Origin: Myxococcota bacterium
Lineage (GTDB): Bacteria; Myxococcota; XYA12-FULL-58-9; JALHOP01
NCBI GenBank assembly: GCA_041288095.1
Contig: JBGGMJ010000010.1
Coordinates: forward strand, 1 to 64,000
Length of the DNA: 64,000 nucleotides
Reading direction: 5' to 3'
Numbering within the stretch: the stretch's first letter is position 1; each line of letters opens with the position of its first letter. The notes under the pieces are model-generated. The model was given only the letters and a program-made list of their open reading frames with translations. It was not told the origin of the DNA and made no database searches. A program made the position numbers and the translations under genes. Shown in pieces: positions 50,204-59,685 of this stretch.

Positions 50204-52408
50204 TTAGGGTACGGGGTGCGGCGGCGTTGTCAACGTGGGCACGGCCGCCCGCGTCCAGCGCACCACGGCTTCGTGGATGATCGCGATCTGCTGAGGCAGG
50301 CGCGACAAACGTAGCGCCAGCGTTGGTGAAACGTCGCCGACGGGCTCGAAATTCGGTAGTGGCGCCGGGCGTCGTTCGGCACGCATGGCGTTTTCGAGGT
50401 CTCCCAGCACCAAATCGACACGCTGCCGCAATGTTTCGATACGCGATGCCGGCACGGTCGATTCGATGGCGCGAGCGGCGGCGAGCGCGCTGCACGTCGC
50501 CCCCAAGCGCCTGCCGTAGAGCAGCAAAGTCATCATCGGCTCGAGTTGCTTGTCGTCGGCCCCGATCTCGGCGAGGCGCCGCTGGAACGATGCTTCCGCG
50601 AGATTGAGCTTCAGACCGTAATGGCGGCGCGCGTCCATGAACTTCGCCTGCTGGGCCGGCGTTGGTTCGGTGAGCGCGCGCATCGCTTCGTCGAAATACG
50701 CGCGCATCGCCCGAATGGTGTCCGCGATAGCGTCAGGCAGCTGCTCCGATTCCCGTTGGGGCCAGAAGAAGCGAGACCCCACCAGCGCCAGGACTCCACC
50801 GATGACCGTGTTGACGATACGCAGCTCCGGCAGGTGGACATCGAAGGCCCGGACCTCGGCGAGGAGGACGAACGTCGGCGTGAGGAAGAAGGCGTAGAGG
50901 CCATAGTTGAGCTGCATGACCGAGGCGCAGACGCCCGCGAGCAACGTCGCGATCACCAGCAGCGCCGACTCGTTTTGCACGTACGCCATCATCAAGGCCG
51001 CGACGATGCCGCCGAGCGCGGTGCCCGAGACGCGTTGCAAGGTCTTCACGGCCGTCGCGACAGTGTAAGGCTGCAGCAAGATGACGACGTTGAGCGTGAC
51101 CCAGTAGCCGCGTTCGAGCCGGAAGTACTGCGTGATGATGACGGCGACGGTCGCCATGATGCAGACGCGCATGGCGTGACGCACCTGCAGCGGGTGCGTC
51201 CGCAGCTCCTCGACGATACGCCGTGCGAGCGGCACGCGTGCCTCTTCGGTCCCGGAGGCGACTGGTGCTTGGACGAGGGGAGTCACACGGGACTCATAGA
51301 GGCGGTCGGTCGTGTCGTAGGCGTTGGCGATGCCGTCGCGCAGGCGCATCATCACCGCGGCGACGTGGCGCCGGTGCAACGCTTCGGCGGACACCGAGTC
51401 GTCGGCGGGCGGCGCCTCGCTGCCGATGAGTGTCCAATCGATGCGCGGCTCTCCCAGGCGGCCCTCGGCTTCGATGCGGAGGGCGAGCTCGTCGAGGCAC
51501 CCTTCGACGCGCTTCAAGGCGTTCCCCACGGCGGCGTGCATCTCGCCCGCGTGCGGGTCGCGGCTCGCGTTGTCGAGCACGTCTTCGAGCGCGACGACGG
51601 CGCTGAACAAAAGATCGATGTTCTGGAGCAGCACCAAGAGCAGCGCGCCGCGGCCGCTCTCCCCGCGCCGGCCGCGCCGTGTCGCGGCGAGCACGGCGCG
51701 CGCCGCTTCGATGGTCTCGCGGATGGGCCCGTGGGCGCGCGAGACGGTGGTGAGCCAGTCAGCGGTGCCGAGCTTGTGCGCTGGCGCGTGGACCAAGCGC
51801 GCGTGCGCGGCGACTGCCTGATAGCAGCGCGCCACCGCCATGCGCGCCGGGCGGTAGACGCGCACCGGCCAGAAGAACAGGGCGAGCAACATCGCCCACG
51901 CACCGCCAGCGAGCGTCGCGAGCCCACGCTCGAGCACGACTCCGAGCTCCGGTCCTTCTGGGGGATAGCCGAGCGAGATGCAGAAGAGCACCGCGGTTGT
52001 TACCCCGCCCGCGGCGGCGACCGGGCTCAAGACGCCGACGAGATTGAAGAGCGCCGCGCACACGAACATGGCGAGCGGCGCGAGCCAGACCACCTCCTCG
52101 GAGACACCACCGACGAGCGCCCCGAGGGCCACCGCGAAGGCGCTGGCCAGGGTGATGCCGCCCATGGTCTGCGCCCGCGTGCGGTAGGAACCTCCCTTGT
52201 CCGCGATAGCAAGCATGAAGCCCGCCGTGCTCATCCAGGTCGTCGACGTCGGGCTCACCATGGGCCCAACGACCAGCGGCACGACGGTGGCGAGCGCGGT
52301 GCGCACGCCGAGCATGAGAGCCGGCTTGCCGGGCGCGAAAGCCAACATCGCGCGGATCTGATGACCTAGCTGCTGTCGGAGCTCGGAGACGTTCGAGAGC
52401 AGGCTCAC
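50204..52408 (-). CDS. FUSC family membrane protein (YccS/YhfK-like)
   Basis: two TM clusters; RHAMR, RGYWV, QRVSGTALG, RIVNTVIGG. Confidence 0.9.
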   Translation of the reverse strand: MSLLSNVSELRQQLGHQIRAMLAFAPGKPALMLGVRTALATVVPLVVGPMVSPTSTTWMSTAGFMLAIADKGGSYRTRAQTMGGITLASAFAVALGALVGGVSEEVVWLAPLAMFVCAALFNLVGVLSPVAAAGGVTTAVLFCISLGYPPEGPELGVVLERGLATLAGGAWAMLLALFFWPVRVYRPARMAVARCYQAVAAHARLVHAPAHKLGTADWLTTVSRAHGPIRETIEAARAVLAATRRGRRGESGRGALLLVLLQNIDLLFSAVVALEDVLDNASRDPHAGEMHAAVGNALKRVEGCLDELALRIEAEGRLGEPRIDWTLIGSEAPPADDSVSAEALHRRHVAAVMMRLRDGIANAYDTTDRLYESRVTPLVQAPVASGTEEARVPLARRIVEELRTHPLQVRHAMRVCIMATVAVIITQYFRLERGYWVTLNVVILLQPYTVATAVKTLQRVSGTALGGIVAALMMAYVQNESALLVIATLLAGVCASVMQLNYGLYAFFLTPTFVLLAEVRAFDVHLPELRIVNTVIGGVLALVGSRFFWPQRESEQLPDAIADTIRAMRAYFDEAMRALTEPTPAQQAKFMDARRHYGLKLNLAEASFQRRLAEIGADDKQLEPMMTLLLYGRRLGATCSALAAARAIESTVPASRIETLRQRVDLVLGDLENAMRAERRPAPLPNFEPVGDVSPTLALRLSRLPQQIAIIHEAVVRWTRAAVPTLTTPPHPVP

Positions 52409-52429
52409 GGTGTCGCCACCGCGGCGGCG

Positions 52430-52921
52430 TCAGTCGGCGTGGACCGCCATGGCACGGGCCCAGAGGCGTTGTTTGGTGGCTTCGATGCGCTGGCGCACGG
52501 TCGACTGCGGCTCGGCGAGGACACTCGCGATTTCGAAGGAGCCGTAACCCAACACGTGCAGGTCCAGCGCGCAGCGGTCGACGTCGGCGATGCCGTCGTT
52601 GCCGTCCGCCGTGGGGTCGAAGGGGCCGACGGGCGCGGTGAAGGCTTCCTCCGCGGCGAGCTCGAGCCACGCGAGAAATGGCGTGCCGCTCGCTTGTAGG
52701 GCGCTGACGCGGCGAATGGCCAGGCGGGCGCTCGCCCAGGCGCAATCTTCGCTGATGAAGCTCTGACGCGCGGCGAACACTCGGGCTCGCACGACGCGAT
52801 TGACCACTCCGCCATAGCGCGCTTCGAGCGCGCCCAACGCAAGGCTGTCGCCGCGCGCGGCAGCCAGCACCAGGTCGTCGAGAAGATCGCTGTTGGTCGT
52901 AAGGGCGGTGTTGCTTGCCAT
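52430..52921 (-). CDS. divergent ECF sigma-factor-like protein
   Basis: LVLAAARGDSLALGALEARY and FLAWL (region 2-like); EIASVL....TVRQRI (region 4-like); GAGG RBS. Confidence 0.65.
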   Translation of the reverse strand: MASNTALTTNSDLLDDLVLAAARGDSLALGALEARYGGVVNRVVRARVFAARQSFISEDCAWASARLAIRRVSALQASGTPFLAWLELAAEEAFTAPVGPFDPTADGNDGIADVDRCALDLHVLGYGSFEIASVLAEPQSTVRQRIEATKQRLWARAMAVHAD

Positions 52922-52997
52922 CGGTATTGTCCTCGGTGCGCGTGTGGGCGCTCGAAGAACAACAACGGCCCGAACCTGGAATTCCCTGAGTCCTCTC

Positions 52998-54287
52998 TCA
53001 CCGAGCGCCGCCGAAGACGTCCCGAGCCACCAGCGCGAGACCCCGACCGACCGTGGTCATCTCCTCGCCGCCTCTGACTTTTTCCGCCCCGAACCGATCC
53101 GTGAAGAGCTTGCGCACCGCCGGCACCAGCGAGGTGCCGCCGGTCATGAACACCCTGTCCACGGCGCCTGCTTCGAGCTTTGCCCGCGCCAGCACGCGGT
53201 CGGTGGCCTCCGCGATGGCGGCGAGGTCGGGGGCAATCCAGCGCTCGAGCTCGGCGCGCGTCACCTCGAGTCGCAAGCCCGCCGGTTGAAAATCGATGAC
53301 CGTAGCCTTCGCGCTCGAGAGCTCGACCTTGGCGTGCTCGACCGCGCGGTGCAGGGCGTAACCCAGGTCTTCGTCGACGATGCGGTACAACGTCTCGATC
53401 TCGGCCGTCGCATAGGCGTTCTCGAGGATGTCCTCGAGGAGCTGCATCGTCTTCGTCGACTTGAGGAAGGACAACAGATGCCAGCGCGATAGCGAGTTGT
53501 AGATCCAGAGCGGCACGTCGGCATCGCCGCCGAACGTCTTGTAACGCGTGCCGAGACCCAGGCGCGGCGCGATGGCGTGCTTGATGATGCGCTGATCGAA
53601 TGCGTCGCCCGCCAAGGCCACACCATCACTCGCCCGTACCGAGCGGCGTTCTCCCGCCTTGGCGCGCGCCCGCACGCCGGGTCCGACGTCGATGAGGCAC
53701 AGGTCCGTCGTACCACCACCGAAGTCGGCGATGAGCACGAGCTCGTCGCGATCGAGGCGCTGCTCGTAGCCGTACGCGGCCGCCACCGGCTCGAGCTCGA
53801 AGCGCACTTCGTCGAAGCCCGCCGAAGCAAACGCCCGCCGCAAGCGCTCTTCACCGAGCGCGTCGCCTTCGGCATCGGCGTCATCGTTGACGAAGTGAAC
53901 CGGCCGGCCGACCACGGCGCGTTTGGGTAGCTCACGTCCCGCACCCTGGCGCAGCGCGGCGACGATGTGCGCCACGAGCTGCTCGAGCTTGTAGACGCGG
54001 TTGAAGATGTTGGTCGATATGAAGGTGCGGCTCGCCATGTGCGACTTGATCGATTGGATGAACCGGCCCCGGCCGTCGCACGCGAGATAGGCGTTGATCG
54101 CGGCCATGCCGACAGCGGGTGGAGCAGGGTGGCCGTCGACGCGCGCGTCTGGATCGAAGTAGAGCACCGAGCGCACGGTGTCGTAGCCGATGCCCGCTAC
54201 CTCGTAGCGGGCGAGCTCCACCTTGCCGGCGTTATCCGCGACGGCGAGGGCGCTATTGGTCGTGCCGAAGTCGATACCGACGAACAT
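52998..54287 (-). CDS. Hsp70 family protein (YegD-like)
   Basis: GIDFGTTNS, EPVAAA, DFGGGTTD, TGGTS; no substrate-binding domain. Confidence 0.93.
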   Translation of the reverse strand: MFVGIDFGTTNSALAVADNAGKVELARYEVAGIGYDTVRSVLYFDPDARVDGHPAPPAVGMAAINAYLACDGRGRFIQSIKSHMASRTFISTNIFNRVYKLEQLVAHIVAALRQGAGRELPKRAVVGRPVHFVNDDADAEGDALGEERLRRAFASAGFDEVRFELEPVAAAYGYEQRLDRDELVLIADFGGGTTDLCLIDVGPGVRARAKAGERRSVRASDGVALAGDAFDQRIIKHAIAPRLGLGTRYKTFGGDADVPLWIYNSLSRWHLLSFLKSTKTMQLLEDILENAYATAEIETLYRIVDEDLGYALHRAVEHAKVELSSAKATVIDFQPAGLRLEVTRAELERWIAPDLAAIAEATDRVLARAKLEAGAVDRVFMTGGTSLVPAVRKLFTDRFGAEKVRGGEEMTTVGRGLALVARDVFGGAR

Positions 54288-54301
54288 CTTCGAGCGCCCC
54301 C

Positions 54302-55411
54302 CTACAGGCGGACACCATCAAGCGGCAAGATGTCGTAGGCGCTCACCGGGACGCGGTTGATGTCGCCGTCGATGAGCAAGAGCGAGGTTTCGGCGTGTGG
54401 CACGCTCCCTACGCGATAGCGGACGTCCTCTCCGTCGACCGACAAGCAGCGAATGAAGCCGGCGACGGCGTTGGCCGCGGAGACGTCGGTCCAGCGCGGC
54501 ATTTCTTTTACGCAGCGCGCGTGGCTGGTGTGGCCGCAAGCCTGGCGCAGGTTCGGAACGAGGGTGCGTGGGTCGAAGCGGCGCACCCGCTCGGGGTTCA
54601 TCTCCCAGTGACGATCGAGGATACCGTCCCGGTCGGGGTCAGCCGGGCGGTGGTAGACGAGGCCGCCGCCTTCGTGGCCGCTGGTGCCGAAGACGCACAA
54701 CGGTGCGAGGTCGAGCTCGGCGTTTTCGCCGCGCTGCCAGGCCGGAGCCACGCGGCTCACCGCGTAGCGTAAGAACCGATTCAGATCGTCGGCAATCGTG
54801 GGCACCGTGGTCGCGCTGCTGCCGGCGTTGGCGAGGTCCACGGTGGTGACGCCGGCATGGGTTACCAGGAGATCGCAGCCCTCTCGAGCCGCGGCGACGG
54901 CGAAGCCGACTCGACCTTCGGAAAGAAGTGCCCGCAATAGCGTTCGTTGCTCGACCATGAACGACGAGAAGTCGCGCAACGCGACCTCGGGCGTGGGGAT
55001 CCGCGGGTAGGTCGCCAGGAACCTGTCGCGCAGCTCGGGCCGCTGCACCACCTGACGCGCGAAGCGCTGCGCCTCACGAAACCCTTCATCGGTCTCGAAG
55101 GCGAGCTCCTGGACACGCGCCAGGTCGTGATTGCCCAGCAAGACCACTGTTTGCTCCGGCGGATGCTCGGCGAGCCAACGCACGATGCGCGTGCCTTCGT
55201 TACCGACGACATGCGCGTTCGATTCGTCGACAACACCGAAGTCGAAGTAGTCGCCCACCGTCACTAGGCCGACGTCGTTCGCGAGCAGCCCATCACGTAG
55301 TAGATCGTGGTGCGCCAGCACCTGCATGAAGCGGTCGAAAGTGGTCTGCAGATCGCCGATCGCAAACCAACGCCTGTCGGTGCGCAGGGTCTTCATCGGG
55401 GGCCTTCGCAT
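54302..55411 (-). CDS. calcineurin-like metallophosphoesterase
   Basis: GDLQ, GDYFD, GNHD, THAG, GHT motifs. Confidence 0.8.
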   Translation of the reverse strand: MRRPPMKTLRTDRRWFAIGDLQTTFDRFMQVLAHHDLLRDGLLANDVGLVTVGDYFDFGVVDESNAHVVGNEGTRIVRWLAEHPPEQTVVLLGNHDLARVQELAFETDEGFREAQRFARQVVQRPELRDRFLATYPRIPTPEVALRDFSSFMVEQRTLLRALLSEGRVGFAVAAAREGCDLLVTHAGVTTVDLANAGSSATTVPTIADDLNRFLRYAVSRVAPAWQRGENAELDLAPLCVFGTSGHEGGGLVYHRPADPDRDGILDRHWEMNPERVRRFDPRTLVPNLRQACGHTSHARCVKEMPRWTDVSAANAVAGFIRCLSVDGEDVRYRVGSVPHAETSLLLIDGDINRVPVSAYDILPLDGVRL

Positions 55412-55438
55412 CGTACGACGGATGTGGTCAAAGCGGCT

Positions 55439-55810
55439 ATGGGTCTCTTACTCGCCTGGTTCGTCTTGTCCCTCGCCGTCTGGGTGACCTCGCTCATCCT
55501 CCCGGGCTTCAAGGTCCGCGGGTTCGCCGGTGCCATCATCGTGGCCGCGGTCTTCGGCATCCTCAACTACCTCGTCGGTTGGCTGCTCTTCGTCGTCATC
55601 GGCATCGGCACCCTGGGCCTCGGTTTCTTGCTCGCCTTCATCACCCGCTGGGTCGTCGACGCCATCCTTCTCAAGGTCACCGGCGCCATGATGCGATCGC
55701 TCGAAGTGAAGAGCTTCGGCTGGGCCATGGCGGCGGCGTTCGTGATGGCGATGATCGGCACCGTCGCCGAGCACATGCTGGCGCACGGCCATCATCCCTA
55801 CCGGTTCTGA
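55439..55810 (+). CDS. YvlD / phage holin 4-2 family membrane protein
   Basis: LPGFKVRGF.GAIIVAAVFGILN, TLGL, four TM segments. Confidence 0.88.
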   Translation: MGLLLAWFVLSLAVWVTSLILPGFKVRGFAGAIIVAAVFGILNYLVGWLLFVVIGIGTLGLGFLLAFITRWVVDAILLKVTGAMMRSLEVKSFGWAMAAAFVMAMIGTVAEHMLAHGHHPYRF

Positions 55811-55860
55811 AAGACGAATAATTGGATCCGGGCCCGCCCACACTGTAAGCTCGCAGTTCT

Positions 55861-56349
55861 ATGACGGCAGACCATCCATTCCGCTGGATTGGTGGTGCGG
55901 CGCTCGTGGTGGGATTGTTCGTGCTCGGCGCGACGTCCTTCCAGAAGCAGCCGCAGGCGCTCGCGTTGACGCTGGAGCGGACGGCCGTCAGCTACGCCCA
56001 GACCCGCGCCGAAGCCGTCGCCAAGGCGAGTCTCCCCGTCGCCGCGACAAAAGTGGCCTCTCGCCCGGCGGTGCCGCGTAAGGTCAGCGAGCGTATCGCA
56101 CGAGTCCCGTTTGCTCCCGAGTCTTGCATGACCATCACCGCGTTGGATGGCATTTCGGGCATGAGCGCGCCGTCATCCGGCGGCGATGAGCTGACGCGCA
56201 CGTTGCGCGCGCACGCCCGCGCCTCGGCGCCGGCCGACGCCGTGCCGACGCGTGATGTGCGCACGATTCACGGCAACCAAATCGCGAGCTTCCCGCCTTC
56301 GGTGGTTCTCTTGGCCTCTCGGCCACTGCGCGGACCCCCGTCAGTCTAG
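55861..56349 (+). CDS. hypothetical membrane-anchored/secreted protein with C-terminal RGPP (candidate arrest peptide)
   Basis: N-terminal hydrophobic segment; ends LASRPLRGPPSV-stop. Confidence 0.6.
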   Translation: MTADHPFRWIGGAALVVGLFVLGATSFQKQPQALALTLERTAVSYAQTRAEAVAKASLPVAATKVASRPAVPRKVSERIARVPFAPESCMTITALDGISGMSAPSSGGDELTRTLRAHARASAPADAVPTRDVRTIHGNQIASFPPSVVLLASRPLRGPPSV

Positions 56350-56452
56350 TCTTGTCCGCCACCAGGCGGGTCAGTCCACTATCGCGTTCTGTTTTAGCAG
56401 TCTCACACACGGTCACGTCATGACGGCGTGATCTTCGTTCGGAGTTTCAGCC

Positions 56453-57121
56453 ATGCATGAGGCAGCAGAGTTCTACCGCGCCGGCGGTATTTGGATGCAC
56501 CCGATCACGATCGTTTCGATCTTCGTGCTGGGTATCTCGTTCGAGCGCATCTATTCGCTGTACTTCAAGTACAACATCAACGCGTCGCAGTTCATGGCGC
56601 AGATCCAGAAGCTGGTTCTGACCAACAACATCGACCGCGCCATCAAGCTCTGCAACGCTTCGCCGCAGGCCGCTCTGCCGCGCGTCATCAAGGCAGCCCT
56701 GACTCGCGCCAACAAGGGCGAGGTCGAGATCGAGAACGCGCTGGAAGAAGCGAGCGTCGAGGTCCTCCGCGACATCGGCAAGCGCATTCCGATTCTTCCC
56801 AACCTCGCGAACGTCGCGACGCTGTGCGGCCTCCTCGGCACCATCGTCGGTCTGATCGAAGCGTTCACCGCGGTCGCGTCCGCTCCGCCGGACATGAAGA
56901 GCCAGCTGCTCACGCAGTCGCTCGCGATCGGTCTGAACGCCACGGCGCTCGGTCTCATCGTCGCCATTCCGGCGCTCTTGTTCTTCGTGTTCTTGAGCAC
57001 GTCGTCGAAGAAGATCATCGAGGACGTCGACCAGTATTCGCTCAAGATCCAGAATCTCCTGGTTGCGCGCAGCCGCAATCCGCAAGCGATTCAGTCGGCC
57101 GAGCAGGCGACCGGGGGCTAA
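56453..57121 (+). CDS. MotA/TolQ/ExbB proton channel protein (AglR-like)
   Basis: ATLCGLLGTIVGLI and GLNATALGLIVAIP. Confidence 0.95.
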   Translation: MHEAAEFYRAGGIWMHPITIVSIFVLGISFERIYSLYFKYNINASQFMAQIQKLVLTNNIDRAIKLCNASPQAALPRVIKAALTRANKGEVEIENALEEASVEVLRDIGKRIPILPNLANVATLCGLLGTIVGLIEAFTAVASAPPDMKSQLLTQSLAIGLNATALGLIVAIPALLFFVFLSTSSKKIIEDVDQYSLKIQNLLVARSRNPQAIQSAEQATGG

Positions 57122-57124
57122 GCC

Positions 57125-57766
57125 ATGTCGTTCTCACCGTCGAGCCGTAACCGAGAAGAGCTCGGTGAGGTCGCGATCAACCTCAATCCGATGATGGACA
57201 TGTTCGCGGTGCTCATTCCGGCACTGCTCATGCTGTCAGCGGTCGTCGAGGTAGCGATCGTCGAGGTGTCGGCGCCGTCGATCGGTCCCTCCAGCGAGCC
57301 ACCGCCCAAGGAAGACAAGCCGCCGCTCAACCTGACAGTCACCATCTTGGATAGTGGCTACATGTTGACGGCGTCCGGTGGTGAGCTCTCGGGCGTCCCC
57401 AAGGTCGATGCGAATGCGCCACAAGCGCAGATCCCGATCAAGGAGATGCCCGTGGTGTGCTCGCGCTATCGCGGGACGACACCACCGCCTCGCTCGCGCA
57501 ATGGCGATCGCCCTCAGTGCGACGATAAGAACGCGCGCGACGCGGTGATGTTCTGGGCCTACGACACCGAGACGCTGAACCAAGCGATCTTGAAGATCCA
57601 CCGCGACTATCCGGACGAGCGACGACTCATCGTCGCCGCCGAATCCAGTGTGCAATACGAGAGCATCATGGACACGCTCGACGCGACGCGTGTAACGCGC
57701 CTCGCCGACGGGTCGCTCGAAACGATGTTCGACCAAGTGGTGCTGTCTCCAGCGACCAACATGTGA
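57125..57766 (+). CDS. ExbD/TolR family protein (AglQ-like)
   Basis: INLNPMMDMFAVLI with conserved Asp; VQYESIMDTLDA. Confidence 0.9.
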   Translation: MSFSPSSRNREELGEVAINLNPMMDMFAVLIPALLMLSAVVEVAIVEVSAPSIGPSSEPPPKEDKPPLNLTVTILDSGYMLTASGGELSGVPKVDANAPQAQIPIKEMPVVCSRYRGTTPPPRSRNGDRPQCDDKNARDAVMFWAYDTETLNQAILKIHRDYPDERRLIVAAESSVQYESIMDTLDATRVTRLADGSLETMFDQVVLSPATNM

Positions 57767-57777
57767 GGTTGTGAACA

Positions 57778-58407
57778 ATGTCGACTGAAAACGACCCGGC
57801 ATCGCTGTCCAACGCCGGCGGACCTGGAATGGTGGCTGGACACGTACGCTCGCAAGACGAGCTCTATTCGGAGATGCGCGCTCGCGAGAAGAAGAAGGCG
57901 AAGCGCATGCGCCGCAAGACGGCGCACGACCATCCTGTCGACGTGAGCATCAACTCCTTGCTCGACATCTTGAGCGTCATCCTCGTCTTCTTGATGAAGA
58001 GCTACTCGGCGAGCAGCGTGAATATCAAGCCGTCGAAAGAGCTGCAGATCCCCTTCACCAAGTCGATCACGGCGCCAGCCGAGGCGACGGCGGTGACAGT
58101 GACCCTCAAGCACATCTTGGTCGACGATGTGCCGATCATGGATCTGGAAGAGGGTGGCAAGGTTCGCCCCCAGGACCTCGCGGAAGAGCAGATGATGCTC
58201 CAGCCGCTCTACAACAAGCTCCTCGACGAGGTCGAAAAGCGTAAGAAGATCATGCAAAGGAACACGTCGGTCGAGGCCAAGATCGACATGACGCTGATCG
58301 CCGACCGCTTCGTGCCTTTCGACCTCCTGACACGTGTGATGTACACGGCCGGCCAAGCCGAGTTCTCCAAGTTTGATTTCATCGCCATAAAGCTCGAAGG
58401 CGGCTGA
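57778..58407 (+). CDS. ExbD/TolR family protein (AglS-like)
   Basis: INSLLDILSVILVFL; ADRFVPFDLLTRVMYTAGQAEF. Confidence 0.9.
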   Translation: MSTENDPASLSNAGGPGMVAGHVRSQDELYSEMRAREKKKAKRMRRKTAHDHPVDVSINSLLDILSVILVFLMKSYSASSVNIKPSKELQIPFTKSITAPAEATAVTVTLKHILVDDVPIMDLEEGGKVRPQDLAEEQMMLQPLYNKLLDEVEKRKKIMQRNTSVEAKIDMTLIADRFVPFDLLTRVMYTAGQAEFSKFDFIAIKLEGG

Positions 58408-58464
58408 AGTTAGCGCTAGAACGTAGGCACGAATCACAAAGTAGTACTGCCCCTAAGGTGACGG

Positions 58465-59097
58465 ATGCTCGACTACCTCATTGCTGGTGGACCCTTCATG
58501 TTCGCGACGCTCAGCGTCTCGATCTTGTGCGTCGCAATCTTCATCCTGCGCATCGTGTATCTGTGGCGGCGCGCCGGTAAGGGCGAGCTGCTGCGGTCGC
58601 AGGTGATGCAGTTCGTCGAGGAGCGCAACTACCGCAACGCCATCCGCGTGGTGAGCGGCAACAACTCGCCTCTCGGCAAGGTTCTGCAAGCGGCGCTCGT
58701 CCGCGCCAACCGCAGCGAGAAAGAAATCCGTCGCGCTGTCGAGTCGGCGGCGATCGAAGAGATCCCGAAGGTCCGCGGCGCTACCGTCTACCTGCCGCAG
58801 CTATCCAACTTGGCGACGCTCCTCGGCCTCCTCGGCACCATCGAAGGTCTGATCGTTACCTTCCAGGGTGCGTCAGGCGAAAGCGCCGCGGTCCGTCAGG
58901 AAGCTCTGGCGCGCGGTATTTCGATCGCGTTCTACAACACGTTCTTCGGTCTGCTCGTCGCGACGATGGGCGTCGTGTTTTACCTCGTGCTCCTGGCCCG
59001 CACGAACACCGTCCTCGGTCTCATCGAGCGGTCCGCTGCAACGGTCATCGACTCGTTGCTGTGGACGCGCGAACAACCGGGCAAGAAGAGCGCCTAA
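58465..59097 (+). CDS. second MotA/TolQ/ExbB protein
   Basis: ATLLGLLGTIEGLI, GISIAFYNTFFGL. Confidence 0.93.
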   Translation: MLDYLIAGGPFMFATLSVSILCVAIFILRIVYLWRRAGKGELLRSQVMQFVEERNYRNAIRVVSGNNSPLGKVLQAALVRANRSEKEIRRAVESAAIEEIPKVRGATVYLPQLSNLATLLGLLGTIEGLIVTFQGASGESAAVRQEALARGISIAFYNTFFGLLVATMGVVFYLVLLARTNTVLGLIERSAATVIDSLLWTREQPGKKSA

Positions 59098-59103
59098 GAC
59101 TCC

Positions 59104-59676
59104 ATGTCGGCTCCAAACAAAGGCATCGGCGCCGGTTTGTTCGGCAAAGAGTCCGGAACGAGCTACGAGGTCTATCTCAACCTGACGCCCTTGATGGACG
59201 TCATGTCGAACCTCCTGTTCTTCCTCCTGGCCTCCTTCGGCGCGACCATGGTCGCGATCATGCCGACCACGGTGCCTACGGTCTCGAGCGGTGAGTCACC
59301 GCCGGATCCGGAGAAGAACGAGGACTCGGTCAACGTCACCCTGCGCGCCGACGGCACGGGGATCACCCTCAAGTGCGAGAGCGACACGCTAGCGCCCGAT
59401 CTCTTGAAGGACCTCGGCGGCAAGATCCCGAAGAAGGACGGCCTCTACGATTAAAAGCAGCTCACCGCGACGTTGAAGTCCATCAAGGAGAAGTACCGCG
59501 CCTCGAAGAGCGTGGTCGTGGTCCCTGACGACAACGTGCCTTACGAGGTTATCGTCAAGATCCTCGACGCCGCGCGCGATACGCGGCTCGTCGATACCAA
59601 AAACGCCATCCTGTTTCCTGACGTCGTGCTGTCCGGCATAGCGACACATGACGCGGACGGAAACCTACTGAAGTAG
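59104..59676 (+). pseudogene. ExbD/TolR family gene interrupted by an in-frame TAA at 59452-59454
   Basis: LNLTPLMDVMSNLL N-half and VVPDDNVPYEVIVKILDAAR C-half are in the same frame, separated only by TAA. Confidence 0.85.
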
Positions 59677-59685
59677 AGGTCGATC

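Noticed and set aside
55439-55810. Prophage suggested by the holin-family gene
   Set aside because: YvlD-type proteins are common chromosomal membrane proteins; no phage genes nearby
59452-59454. Programmed recoding or an alternative genetic code at the ExbD TAA
   Set aside because: Sec and Pyl use TGA and TAG; TAA terminates rpsO, rsmB and slyD normally in this window
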